Assembly (NCBI GenBank): GCA_964036045.1
Contig: OZ038378.1
Location: 141,236,001-141,300,000 of the forward strand
Origin: Eutreptiella sp. 'Long Island Sound 2002'
Lineage: Eukaryota; Protista; Euglenida
Length of the DNA stretch: 64,000 nucleotides
Direction: 5' to 3'
Below, piece after piece: positions 34,140 to 46,786 of the stretch (the stretch's first letter is position 1; each line of letters starts with the position of its first letter). Under the pieces are notes generated by a model, which was given only the letters and a program-made list of their open reading frames with translations, was not told where the DNA came from and searched no databases. The translations under genes and the position numbers were made by a program.

Positions 34140-35990
34140 TCGTGGCGTTTGGTGGGGTGGGCCATTGGGCATTGTGGTTGGGAGCGTGTTGCCGATCATC
34201 TGCATGAGAGGGTATGATACAAGGGGGTCATCCTGTTCGAATCCAACACCCCAACCGGCTGCAAAAACTTTTGGGGGTCTGGAGGGGGTGGGGGGGGGTG
34301 AGGTGGGTCGGCTGGTCACCCGCTAGGATCCCCAAAGGGGGGGGGGTACCCCAACATACATACCTCAAAATGATCCCCATTGACGCATTTTGAACATACA
34401 CAAGTAGGGTCAAAAAATCCTCAGCTCAAGCTCCCATTAGCCAAGGTCCAACCTGGAGGTAAGGCCAGGGGTCAAATTTTTTTGGTGTATTTCACCCATT
34501 TTTGAAGTTTCCTCAAAATTCTGGGTATTTTGAGTACAGACACATAGGGTTAAAAAGAAACCCTCAGGAGGCCAGTTTTTTTTTCGGCGCCTTTGGTGCC
34601 AGCACTTTCCCCAAAAGTCTCAGATTGGAGAAAAACAGGTTCAAAAACTTTGGGGGGGTCTAGAGGAGGGGGTGGGGGTGCGGGGGGGAGGGGGGGTCCT
34701 GGATTCGAACAGGCTGCCCCCGTTGGTATGATACTTGGCTGGCACGCCCGCCCCCACCGGCGGTCGGAACCCCTCCAAGGGAACTAGTTAAGTGTTGCCG
34801 GAGGAGGCTCGGCCATGCTGATGTTGGAGCTCTATTGGCAATACGGCGGGGCACTGGCAGACGGTGGCAGCGAGGTTAATGGATGCGATGGGGGCAGCTT
34901 TGTGTGAATGGACTAGTGGGACAGCCGTTGTTGCCGACGTGCGCAGTCCGTAGCCGGGCCCTGATATTCCCGCGCTTCATGTTGCTTTCGCTGTGGGTGT
35001 GCGGTGTGAGGGGCCAGGCACCCTGTGCTTGTCGAGTGGCTCTTTTGTGGCTCTTGACCGGGCACTCACGCCGTGTGGACCTTCGGTGTCGTGAGTGGGG
35101 GACGGTAGAGTCCTCAGCACGGCGGTCCTCTCCCTCAAGATCGCCTGGCAAAAGGCCGCGCACCTCAGGCCCACACCTGGTCTAAGCAACGCCCCGAAAT
35201 CCCGGGGACTCAATCTTTGCGCCAGCCACACACTCCCAGACAAACAGGTTTTTGGGGCCAGCGTCACCCCCACAAGGGCGGTTGCAGAGGCACACAGCCG
35301 CATTCACGGTCAGCCCGGCAGCCCCCGTGCCTGTCCACCGGCAGGCTGGGCATACTGGGAGTCCGTGCCCCACGCAAAGGGCTATCGCTGTGCGCACCCT
35401 GCGTACAAATTCTGCTGCGTGTTGCCCCCGTGAGCAGCACACTTCCGCGCCGCGTCGTCCCTTGTGCAACAAGCAGGGCGGCAAGCCATGTGCAGTACAC
35501 CCCTCCCCTGCCTGGTGGTGGTTGTGGTGGTGTGGTGGCGTTTGGTGGGGAGGGCCGTTTGGTGTTGTGGTTGGGAGTGCGTCGCAGATCATCTGTGTGA
35601 GGGTATGGTACTTGGTTGGCATGCACACCCCGCCGGTGGGCGGAACCCCTTGGAGGGAGCTGATTAAGTGTTGCTGGAGGAAGCTCGGCCATGTTCATGT
35701 TGGAGCTCTACTGGCAATACGGCAGGGCAGTGGGCGGAGGGCGGCAAATGTGTTGAAGAAAGAGATGTGGATGACTTCTTGTGGATGGACCACTGTGACA
35801 GAGGTTGCGAGAGCTGCAGATGTCGCCTAAGGCGTTGCGTCGCCCATGGGGACGCCCTGACCCTCTTGGGTGTGGGCTGCGAAGATATGAGAGGCAGCCT
35901 GTGTTGATGCGAGAGTGCCACCGACGTGCGCAGTCCATAACCGGGCCCGGACGTATCCGTGCTTCGTGGTGCTTTTGCTGTGGGTGGTGG
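34140..35990. repeat. Two diverged copies of a repeat unit (34140-34220 plus 34725-35000 versus 35530-35990), with two B-box-like GTTCGAATCC motifs
   Basis: Shared strings gtatg(a/g)tacttgg(c/t)tggca, aagtgttgc(c/t)ggagga(g/a)gctcggccatg, ttggagctcta(t/c)tggcaatacggc and cgacgtgcgcagtcc. GTTCGAATCC occurs at about 34236 (forward) and 34702-34715 (reverse). Confidence 0.65.
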
Positions 35991-36850
35991 GCAGTTGTGG
36001 GCTCGCACCGTGCACGCCGTCCGTGGGTGTGGTGGTGGTGGTGGTGGTTGTGGTGGTGGTGGGTGCATGCAAACGAGGAGTTCCTCCCTGCCCCCGTTCA
36101 CAACATACGTATCAATCTGTGTACGACGACTTTTGGAGTTGATCCAGTAGCCACTTCTGCGAATTTCGTGAGGGACAAGCCACATATTGCCTGCGCCGGT
36201 CATGACACCGGAAATGGGTCTATCAAATGCCGTTAAACCCAGACCTGAGAACTGAAAGGAAGACACACAACAATGTAAGCTTCGGAGCTTCTGAGCTTCG
36301 GGCCTTGACCCTGAATACTGGCCCTGACCCTTCCTGATTGGACTTGTGCATGACCGAACACTGGTCTTGTATTACAAAAAAAAGTGTCACAGCACATGTC
36401 AGCCATCATCCCCATAAACGGCGAATTTGCACTGAACCTGCTCTTCTTTAGCTTGGGCAAATTGTAATAACCAGATCTGGTTTATGGCTCTTTGGCTACC
36501 TCCGCCCGCCTGGTACCCCGTACGCTGCTCACTTACCCGTGAGTGGGGGTCGAGCGCGCTTGTGATGCCACCTCTGTGACACCCCAGGTAGCTGCAACAA
36601 ATGGGACCCACAGCCTTGCCAACAGCCAGACTTGGAGTGGAAGGGGAGCTGACATCAATTGGGGGTAACTGGCAGAATGTGGCCCAGTTCAACGCATCTG
36701 CGTCACACCCCGTGCTCTCCTCGGCTTACCCCGCCCCTTATCACACCCCCAGAATCTCGCGAATGCCACCCCCTATAGCCCTATTCCATTCCTAGCATCA
36801 CTCCACATCGACCCGATAGCGCGGCTACACACCCAAAGAACGCAGCATAC

Positions 36851-37177
36851 CATAGTGCTAGAGACTGATGGAGACGCAGACTGGAAAAGCACAACCCCGG
36901 AGCTGCTGGACAGCACAACTGTTGATCCACTGATACTGAGGGTTGATGTAAACAGCAGCTGCGAAGAGACATCAAATGTAGCAGCACTCACCTCCACTGT
37001 AATGTCGAACGTGGCCGAAGCGCCCACAGACACAGTGGACCCAGACAAGAAACTGTACTTTCCAGCCCCAACGAACGCCCGTTCGGCCCGGATGTCCAAC
37101 TTGCTTTGTCCGCTGAAGTAGACTGTGGCCGCAACATCTGATGTGCCCACATTGGTCAGAGTTTCAGTCCCACAAAA
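36851..37177 (-). CDS. Internal 327-nt exon, Ser/Thr/Val-rich beta-type ectodomain segment (FCGTETLTNVGTSDVAATVYF...SASPSVSSTM)
   Basis: Acceptor TTCTTGTGTTTTGTAG|TTT, donor ACTATG|GTATGC, 109 codons, phase 0-0. Joins exon 30752 in frame across a 6.1-kb intron. Confidence 0.75.
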
Positions 37178-37626
37178 CTACAAAACACAAGAATTGCAGG
37201 CATCGTTGGGCATCAAAGTGCACAGTGCATTACACATGGATCCACCTCGAACACTCCTGTGGAAGCTTTGGGCCTTGCTGCAGTGTAATGGTGTCAGCCT
37301 TGAAGAGGGCTTCCTGGGATCCTCAGTGCACAGCTGTGCCTGCCTTCACACAGCCTTCATTGCCAATTAGTTCCAAAGGACAGTGCTCAGTTTTCTCCAT
37401 CGATGTTTGACGTGTGCACTTCCCCCATCCCTGGCTGGGGCTAGAGAATCCCCTTCTTGTTCACTGCGTGCCTTTCCTTTCTGTCTCTCGTCCCTCCTAG
37501 GGCGTTGGCTCTAGGGGGGGGGGGGGGGGTAGGGATGGGGGGTCCTGGGAGGGGTGATGGGGCGACTTGGGGCGGGGGTCTGGGGCAAGGGTCAATTATA
37601 TGCCAGCAGGGCTATGCATTGGTTGG

Positions 37627-37708
37627 CTGCTCCGACAGACTGCTCCAACGCGCTGCTCCGACGGACTGCTCCGACAGACTGCTCCCGACAGACTGCTCCG
37701 ACGGACTC
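37627..37708 (+). repeat. 13-bp tandem repeat (CTGCTCCGAC(A/G)GA), about 6 copies
   Basis: Directly visible. Confidence 0.85.
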
Positions 37709-37719
37709 AAAACAGCGTT

Positions 37720-39260
37720 AAACCACTTGTTTTAAGCAAACCCAGTGGTCTAGGAACAAATTCGGAAAAAAACGTCCTCAACCACTTTCTGACCCACAGG
37801 TGGTGACCCTTGGTAACCCCACCCTAGCACGTGCGCCATGCTGGGCCATTGAAGCGTGTTTGTGGTGCAGAAATAGCCTCACATTCTTCATCATTTGTCA
37901 TCTTGAGGGTGCCCAAGGCACATCATGGCCATCAAAACACACCAAAGGAACACAAGACACATATAATGTCACTTTCAAGGCTAATTTTGGCCATTTTTGG
38001 CCCTTTTCAAGGCTGTTTGGAAACTTGCATGTGGTAATGAGGGTCAAAAATGGCTCAGTGTAGCGGTTCGGGAACAACTTTGAATGAAATCGGTTTGGAC
38101 CACTTTTGGACCCATAGGTGACCCCCGCTTACCCTACGGAGATCACAAGGTGTAAAAATGTCTCTGCAAGCTCACAGGAGACAGGCCTACGGGTAATGAA
38201 TTGGTACACCGGACAAACAAAAAGATGTAGAACCATGCACCCTTAGGTCCTTGTACACATTGACGTCCCCAAGCCTACCGTAGCATGGGTGCATGGTGCA
38301 CCACTCCTTGGTGTGCATTGGGCATTGAAGCGTGTTAGTGGTGCAGACCCAGCATGCAAACGCTCCCATCCATCATTATGTACCTTTCATACCAACGGTA
38401 CCCAAGGCAATACATGGCAATCAAACATGGCAAAGAAACGTGGGGCTTACACAATGTCGCCTCCGAGGCTAATTTTGGCCATTTTTGACCCCTATAGAGG
38501 ACTTTTGGAAGGTTGCATGACTGCAAATGGCTTGCAAGTGATCCCATTCACCATTATTTATCACCACAAGGGTGCCCAAGGCAATAGATGGCATCAAACG
38601 TAGCTAAGGAAGGAGATATCAAAAAAGGTAAGTAATGCTACTGTATAGGGCTGATTTTGGCCATTTATGACCCCCCCCCCCCCCCAAAAGGTGCTTGAGG
38701 CCATTAGTTCGGTGCTAAGGCTAATACACAGTGTTCCAAAGTGTTTGTTTATCATGATAGATTGGTTCCAATGTAAATAACCCCCCGAGAACATCCTAAT
38801 ACCCAAACTCCTCAAAATCATTTTTTGGGGCTATTTTTGACAGATTTTGAAACCTAGGTCCGCCACCACTTGCGACGCCTGTTCCCAAGCGCCACAGATG
38901 AGTATCTTGCTCAAACTTTGTGCGATTCTACTTCATATCCATGGGTATCATCCACCTAAATTTCACTTAAATCCAAAGCACGACGGAGTTCTGATTTTCG
39001 CCTAATCCATGAGTGCTTGTTGCTTGCTCCTGCTTGCTTGCTGCTTGTTGCTTGTTGCTACTGAAAGGGATAGTTGCACCCCAGACCCTAAAGAGAGTTT
39101 ACCTTACTGGTTCCACTAGCTTGGTGAGCCTACCATGGCACGTATGCCATGCTCCGCTCATTGGTGTCACGGGGCATGGAAGCGTGTCAATGGTGTAGAA
39201 ATAGCCTCATGCTCCCATTCTTCATTATTTAGCATCCTAAGGGTGCGCGAGGGCGTACAG
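37720..39260. repeat. Family A tandem subunits plus a reverse family B copy
   Basis: Recurrent ccactt(t/c)(t)gacccaca/taggtgaccc, ggcattgaagcgtgtt and ggctaattttggccattttt. 38820-39130 is the reverse of 32340-32640. Confidence 0.75.
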
Positions 39261-40399
39261 GTCGCATGACGTCCGAAGCATAAGGCCGAGCAGGCCATAG
39301 GTATCGTGTAGGGTGGGTGGGTGGGCCTTGCTTAATGAAAAATTAGTCTACAACAGAGGCGACAATGCACATCAAGACAGGGGTTTGCTGCGGCAAACTT
39401 TGGTTTGCCAAGGGCAAACCCATGTTTGACCATGGAGAAGAAGCACAGCCACACAAGGCAATCCATCAATATGTATAGTCGCAAAAGGTTGAACTGCGGC
39501 AGCATGACATGCCCCCTTCGTCCCTTAGCAGTGTGAAGACATGGGACACGTGCCTCCATCACGTCCCCAAACAATCGGCGCATAGGAATGACGGCCCGCA
39601 GAAAATTTATGAACATGGCAGGAAGTGCAACTGCCCTTCTTGTTTCAAGGGTAGCGAAAAAAGGAGGTCGTAGTCAAGCTTGTTGCTGCAATTCCCCATA
39701 CACACAGAAAATAAACAAATGGAAAACAAAAAATTTTGTCTAGCACATGTCGCATCTGGACAATCATTGTGTGCTTGCACCCACAGACACAGTCTAAAAG
39801 ACAAAAAAAACCCCAAAGGGCAATGCAAGCAAAGGCGACAAACCGCTCAAGAGAAACCGCCAACAATTTATGGCATATCTCCATGTGTGGAGAAACCCCA
39901 CCTTGAAATTCCAGGGGTGGTTGCCCGTTCAGGCAATGTACAGGGGCCAACAATCTACAATGCCATGCACTGGCCACAACTTATAAACCTATCATGTGCC
40001 GCCGTAGATCATGCCCCGCAAAAAAATCGAAATACTTGCCTCATGAGTAGCCTTGCCTTGTAAGAAGGCCACATACGACAAGAGTCTGAACCAAGTTTGG
40101 GTGAACTGGAACCCCATGGGCATGGGCTGCAAGACGGTGCGCCTCTTCAAGCAAGGGGCTAAATATGTTGGCGGGCAGGGGTAAAGGGGCAGCTTGGGCA
40201 CACACAGAACGACCCACCAAGGGGTCCTCTAGAAAAAGTATAGGGTGCTAGTAATACATTGAATGTGGGCCCGCCCCCCTTACCTGGTGACGACCATGTT
40301 TTCGCCAAAGCATCTAGCGGGGTTGGCCGCCCACTGTTGCCCCTCCCCCTGCCCCACCTGCATTCCATTCCTTGTGCCCTTGCACCCCTTCACGTTAAC

Positions 40400-41080
40400 C
40401 TCCAACACCCGGATTCTGCGAGGGGCCCCCAATTTGTTGCTACCCTGCCGCGAGCACGCGCTCGCACTCCCTCCACAGCTCCTCTAGCCACCGCCGCGGC
40501 TCTTTGCACGCCGCCTCCGTCGTCGCCGGGTCAGTCGCCATCTCCTCCAATCGCGTCGAGGACGCCTCCGCTGCACCCATGGCGGCTATGTGCTGCCTCC
40601 CCAAGTCCGCCACAAAGTCCTTCCACCCTAGCTCCAACTCCACATTCCCCTAGCTCCAAGCTCACATTCGCCAGAGCTCCAACTCCACATTTGGGTTTCG
40701 AAGCTGCTCCGACTCCTCGGTGGCGAGTTGTAGCTAAGCTGGCAAGGCCTCGATTTGCTGCTCGTACGTGAGGCTTTGCTGTGGTCAGGGCACTACAAGA
40801 GGGTCCTTTATGCAGTCTATTTTGCAGTGGCCTACACCGATCCCGGCTTCCTAAACATAAGTTCTTTTGCCGCCGCTGAAACATGGGTTTGCCTTGGACC
40901 CATGCAATAAATCCCATGTTGTGACGTGCATTGTCTCCTTGTAGAGTAATTTTTCATTAGGCAAGGGTGTACATCTAGCAGTATGCCTGGCACGTTCGTT
41001 CACCCTCCCGGGGCGAGCCAGAGCAGTGGGTCCTGTGGCTACTGAGGCGGCTAGACCTTGTCCTACTAAAGAATCCAACC
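40400..41080 (-). pseudogene. Decayed coiled-coil (gag/ORF1-like) coding remnant
   Basis: YEQQIEAL...EESEQLRNPNVELEL...VELELGWKDFVADLGRQHIAAMGAAEASSTRLEEMA...LEELWRECERVL, interrupted by stops. Lies downstream of a TGGTATCAGAG motif at 41491-41481. Confidence 0.35.
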
Positions 41081-42179
41081 TATAGCGGAACTCCCCTATA
41101 GCATAGCTCGATTGTGGAGATACGCATAACTTGCTTTTTTATTTTTTTTTTGGATTAAGCCGTAGGACTTTATTTTTGGCGTAAAATACGCTCTTTTGCG
41201 ACGCAAATTTTTGTTGGTGTAACGCGCGTAAACTTTTTTTTGGCGTAAGTTGCGAATGGAAAATAGCCCCCACCGACATTTTGGGTACCTCCAACACGGG
41301 TAAAGCAATGGAGCCGTGGCGTGAAGGGTGGTTTTTATACTCATCGCCGGCAGATGGCGGAAATCACGTGTAGCACACTCATAATGACTGCAAACAAAAA
41401 ATGCAATTTGCTCATCGGGCTTTGGCAAGCGGTATCGAATGACAATATTGCTGCTAGTGCCACCGGCTAAAAAGCTCATGCCTCTGATACCACCTCAGTC
41501 CGGTCACCTCAGGCCAACTACATTCCTCGCATGCAACCATAATGGCGTGGGGCCAACTACAAGAAGTCGCCGGACACACGCTTGTAGATCAAAGTAGTCT
41601 TTGTGTCCGATGCCTTCGGCTTTGCACGCAGATTCGTGTTCCGCGCACAAGCGTCACGGATATACTTCGCACGCAACTCTTCCGGCTCTCGAATAAATTG
41701 TTGGTCGTTCACCCTCTGTGCCCTTTGGGTACACCTCGGGCACCTCAACAAGCTTCCCACGGATGAACACGTATGGACGGGCATCATCACTTGTGGGGGG
41801 TTTAGAAGAGGAAGTGGACTGCGGGGTTTGTGGAGGGGCCTTAACATTGCCCTTCACTGGCTTCCCATCTGGGGGCACGTCCTCGGAGTTTAAAGCCGGG
41901 AAGGCAGGAGATTCTCCAATTGTTGGCTCCGAGGAGGAGGTAGCAATGTTGCCCTCGGGTTCCGAAAGAGAATCCTCTTCATAAAAATGGAGGGGGCAAG
42001 TAGGGGGCGAGAACTCAAGGTTGGAGGCTGGGGCAGGAGGAGATTCTTGGGGGTCCCCCAAACAAGGGGACAAAATCACAAGTGGCTGCCTCACCCGTGC
42101 CTTCTCGGGGGCCCACAAGTGGGCGGAAGTGCTGCGTAACCCCTGCACTCTCGGGGGACAAAATGAGAAGAGGAATATC

Positions 42180-42560
42180 AAAAAAAGCATAGCCCGCTTT
42201 TTTTTTCTTTTTGAAAAAGCGTAACTCACTTTTTTTTTTTGGGCTGTAGGCCGCGTATCAAAAAAAGTGTAGGTCGCGCAACAAGAAAGTGTACCTCACT
42301 TTTTGTTAAAAAAAAAGCGTAACTCGCGTATTTATTTCTTTTTTTGGCTGTAGGTCGCGTATTAAAAAAAGTGTAAGTCGTGTAACAAAAAAAGCGTGAC
42401 TGGCTCTTTTTTTTTAAAAAAAAAAGCATAAGTCGCGTCAATTTTCTTTGGGGTGTAGGTCACGTACCATACATTTTCGAGTTTTTTTTTCCACACTCAA
42501 CTTACGCCTAAAAAAAAAATAAGCAACTTACCCCAAATAAAAAAAATAAGCGACTTATGG
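42180..42560. repeat. Minisatellite-like array of alternating A- and T-tracts separated by GCGTAA/GTAGGTCGCG motifs; related patch at 41125-41270
   Basis: aaaaaagcgtaactc, ggctgtaggtcgcgta and aaaaaagtgtaagtcg are repeated. Confidence 0.75.
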
Positions 42561-44970
42561 TTGACACCATTTTGGGGTTCAAAAATGGTTCAAGAATAGC
42601 TAAAAATAGCTGAAAACCAACCGGCCCCTTTTGCCGAAAAATGGTCTGTTAAAATTGTTCACCTGTACATACCAAAACGATACCGCCCGCACCGTTGCCA
42701 ACTCTGTCATCAAAGTGTAAATTCATGACGATCATGGGTCATGTTGTTAACTTGGGGCCTTATCACATGGTGATGCAAGGGATGCATGAACACAGCATGT
42801 ACAATGCACACCTGTCTATCCGTGGCAACAGGGTTCTCAGGGGTCACTCCTAAGAAGGTGACATGGGACAGAGAACTTCAGGAACATTTTGGTGCCGCAA
42901 GTCAAAAAGCCACCACCATCCAACCCAGACAACGCCAATGCTTAGCAACCCTTCGGCGGGGGGGGGGGGGGCTTCATCAAGGTCCGGCAACCCAATCAAA
43001 GGGCGGTTAGGGGTTCATGTCCTTGCTAGCGCTCTTTCGACGCCGAAGCAAACATTGTTGAGGAACGGCGCAAGGAATGGCGGTGCAACAATCATTGGGA
43101 AGCCTGGGCAAGACACAGACACAGGATGCAAATGCATAAGACACAACGAAAACAAACTGATCTCGGCCCCACAGCACGCAGACTGCGCTCTGCTGAGGTG
43201 CAGTCCTCCCCCCTGGAGTCCTTTGTCTACCTACCCACAGGGCTCAGTCACTTTCTATCATCACTCCAGAGTTTCCTCTGCTGTGTGCATTACCTGGGCG
43301 CGGTGGGCAAAAGGCATATTGTACCGCTGGAAGTCCCAGGAACGACGCAGGGGGGATGGCTGTTGGCTGAAAAAGCCAAGTTCTATTGCCTTTAGCAAGG
43401 CATCTTGAGGAGCAGAGGGGGGTACAACGCTTAGCCACCACCATCTTCAGGTGCCAAGACTAGTAGATGTGACTTGTGACATCTGATCACGGTGAGTGGC
43501 CAACTTGTGGAATTGCAAGGGCCTACATTGCTACCCTTGGTGTTCCCCATGGGTTTCTTTGTGCTTCCGTTGTTACCAAATTATGACCCGGCCAACACCT
43601 CACAGCTGGGGCCCCAAGGGGAGATTGGTTTGGGGAGTCCATCTAAAAGGTAAATCTTCAATGGGACCTGGGTCTGGATCGAAGTGTAGTGGTTGCAGTG
43701 GGCCAACCAATTTTTTGACCCTCCCCTGCCCCCACAGTGGGATGGAGATGCCGAATGCTAATCGTTACCCTGCACGGCACAGCCTGCCGAGCAACAAATT
43801 CAGAAGAAAAAGATCTTCAGTGGTGGCGCCACGCTACAAGAAGAGGAGCGGGAGGGGGGGGAGGGGGGGGGCTGAGGGATCAGAATTAAAGGAAAAAATG
43901 CATCGAAGGATAATGCTGTCCCCTAAGATCATGATTTTGCAGGGTTAAACATCCAATTTCATACATTGGGGTATGCTACGCCAATAATCCCCAAAAATGC
44001 AAAATGGGGTGTGTCTGCTCGTGCCTGCCCATGATCTAGCAACCTCTTTTCGGGGTGATTTGATTCGGGGTCAACCCACCCACCTATCTTACCGCGCTCC
44101 CCTGGGCTAGGGTCAACAGGTCACCAAGCCACAGCCTGCCCCAGAACCCTATACCCCACCGACTGCAACTGCAACTGAAAGCGCAGCCACACAGAGGTGA
44201 CTCCTCAACTGTTGGGTGAAGAGCAACAGCAATGCAACACATTGAGGATGCCATGCAACGTCAAGCACACGGAGACCTTTCGGAGCGCAGGAAGGCAGGC
44301 CTGACACATCTGCAGAGAAGCAAAGTGGACGTGGCAGGAGTGCGCCACCAACATAGGCCCTGTGAACCACACCTGAAGCTTCTGTGCACCTTAAAACTGG
44401 AGTAATGGGGCCACTGGTACAGGAGGTATGGTCTGCATGTTCCAGCTACCAGCTTCCCCCTCAGGAAGTTGGTGGTAATGGCACTCACCCTTCCAACTCA
44501 TTTGGTCCGTGCGTGTGCGCACGCACGCAGGTGCATGCAGATTGCCTGTCCATAAACTACAGACCGCTGCTCCCCTATGCACAGGTAGACGCTGCTACTG
44601 CCCTGTATTTTGGGAAGGGGGCGTTTGCTTCCCCTTCATGAAAATTGTTGCTTTGCGTCTGGAACATGCCAACAATGTCCACAATTAGCTGGACGCGTCT
44701 ACTGCGTGCACTGATGGTTTGTACACACCCTACATCGCATTGGCTTCAGTATACGCAACTTATATGCCTATACACAAACTCCCTATTTCGACATCGTGTT
44801 TGGATACGCGTATACGCATACATGCATATACGCGTACATGTTTGCGCGTAGATACGCATGTACATGGGGGCATAAACGTTGCGAAGACATGTAAGCGTCT
44901 ACGTGTTTATGTCTGTACATGCATATCCGTACATATCTGCTTTGTGTTGTAGGGTGTCACAGCACCTCAC

Positions 44971-45018
44971 CGTTTGGTGAGCACCCTCCCTCAGCAGCCT
45001 GTCCGCCACCACATTGTA
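44971..45018 (-). CDS. Putative 48-nt phase 1-1 mini-exon (LQCGGGQAAEGGCSPN)
   Basis: Acceptor GGTTGCAG|TA, donor AAACG|GTGAGG. In frame with the preceding TSR exon and Cys-containing, but short. Confidence 0.4.
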
Positions 45019-45297
45019 CTGCAACCCAATGTGGCCAATGTGTGTGTGTGTGTGTGCGCGCGCGCGCGTTCCAAGGCCATAAATTACGATCATGTGCAAA
45101 CTGTGAGGTTCGAGAGTATAGGTCCTAGGCCCTGTGTTCTGGAGGGCCCTGCAGAGGCTGCCCCAAAATGTTTCTGTAAGTCCCATATTTCCAGACTGCA
45201 CATGCAGCTCGCAGCCCCTGCCCTTTGAACCATCCCTCCCGGTGGCGTCGCTGCTCGCAAAGGAGAGTGGTCACGGCGGCACTGCAGCACAACATAC

Positions 45298-45468
45298 GAC
45301 ATGCAGCAGTGTTGCAAGTGTTGGTTTCCCGGCTGCCACCAACGCATATCCCTCCATTTGCCTCCACAACGGTCTTGATCCGATGACGGTGCTGCTCACC
45401 TCCGCCACATGTGGCAGAGCAGTCTGACCAGGCTCCAAAGGCACCCCATATGCAGTCAATTGCTGGAG
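45298..45468 (-). CDS. Thrombospondin type 1 repeat exon B (PAIDCIWGAFGAWSDCSATCGGGEQHRHRIKTVVEANGGICVGGSRETNTCNTAAC)
   Basis: Canonical W..F..WSDCS.TCGGG..R.R...C...C TSR pattern; acceptor CTTGTAG|, donor TGTC|GTATGT; 171 nt, phase 1-1. Confidence 0.93.
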
Positions 45469-46481
45469 CTACAAGACGGGCGTTGCAGAGGTCAAAAGAG
45501 GGGAAGGGCAAAGTGGACGGGGCACCTTTTTGCTCGCCCTTCTGGGCTCTTCCGGCGCACACACCCGTGTGCTCTGGCATGCGTGTGTCGTGCTCTGAGC
45601 TGTGCGTGCTGCCACACCATGTATAGCAGTGCCTGCAGCCCCACATTCCCTGCGGCGCCATCTGTCTGTGCTGGTGCGCCCATGTGTGTTTGGGTGTTGT
45701 GTGCTCCCTCCAGAGTCACCATGGCACGGAAATTCCATCAGGGCCTTGAACAAAGTGCCGTGCCGCGGTGACACTCGCAAAACACCAAGCAAGACCAAAG
45801 GCTCATGTTTCAGAACGCATCAAAGCAGACGGGGGGTGGGTGGGTGAGGGAAAGGAGTTCGTTGTAGCCGTTCACTCCGCGATCACAGATGGGTTGTATA
45901 CAGACGTGCAATTATTGAAAAGCCTGGGAACCAGCAGCAAGAAATCAGGCCAGACCGGCCACTCACTTTTTGGTTGCTACTGGCGGTTTCTGTCAGTTGC
46001 CACCCCGGCCGGACGGCCCCATTCAGCCGTTTGCGGTGAGCCATCAACATCGGAACAACTTGTGCTCGGAAGTGGCGTGTCATGATTATTTGTGAACCTC
46101 CGCCCCCCCCCCCCCCCCCGCGCCAAATCGCCTCAAACCCCAAATGTGGCAGCCATATGCCTCCATGCAGTTCACACTGGCTGTTTTGCATCGAATCACC
46201 CACCCAGACAGGGCACATTGCTGGGCGAATGCAATGTCCTGACATCATGACATGCCGCCACAAATACACTGATTTGGGCTGAGGATTGAGGCAGACCTAC
46301 GTCCTCTAAAAACAAGGACTGTTCTGGCTCCTATGGAATTCCCTGCAGTATACATCCATACAACCTGCTACACGTCCAATAAATGATATGCTCTAGGTCT
46401 CCTAAAAAAATTCCAAGTTCCATTCCACTTGCTTTGGACAGACCTAACGTCTTCAACCACACGCCTCAGGGGGACCGCAGT

Positions 46482-46565
46482 CTGCACAGTTCATAAGTGT
46501 CTCGCATTTGGTTCCAACAGAGGCTGCACAGTTCATACGTGTCTCGCATTTGGTTCCAACAGAGG
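46482..46565. repeat. 42-bp tandem duplication within the intron between the TSR exons
   Basis: ctgcacagttcata(a/c)gtgtctcgcatttggttccaacagagg x2. Confidence 0.9.
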
Positions 46566-46615
46566 TTCTTTGGTGTTGCGTCTCGGAGGGTTGGGGGGAC
46601 TGCAGCACAACATAC

Positions 46616-46786
46616 GACATGCAGCAGTGTTGCAAGTGCTGGTTTCTCGGCTGCCACCAACGCATATCCCTCCATTTGCCTCCACAACGGTCTTGATCCG
46701 ATCACGGTGCTGCTCACCTCCGCCACATGTGGCAGAGCAGTCTGACCAGGCTCCAAAGGCACCCCATGTGCAGTCAATTGCTGGAG
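46616..46786 (-). CDS. Thrombospondin type 1 repeat exon A (PAIDCTWGAFGAWSDCSATCGGGEQHRDRIKTVVEANGGICVGGSRETSTCNTAAC)
   Basis: Near-identical paralogue of exon B (3 aa differences); acceptor CTTACAG|, donor TGTC|GTATGT; 171 nt, phase 1-1. Confidence 0.93.

Noticed and set aside
41096-41479. Intact gag ORF starting right after the PBS-like motif
   Set aside because: Its second half is read through an A/T-tract repeat, and no gag motifs are present.
44155-44309. Phase 1-0 exon bridging the TSR exons to exon 37177
   Set aside because: Splice phases fit, but the peptide (VALLLLFTQQLRSHLCVAALSVAVAV) is unconvincing for an ectodomain; not listed as a feature without cDNA.
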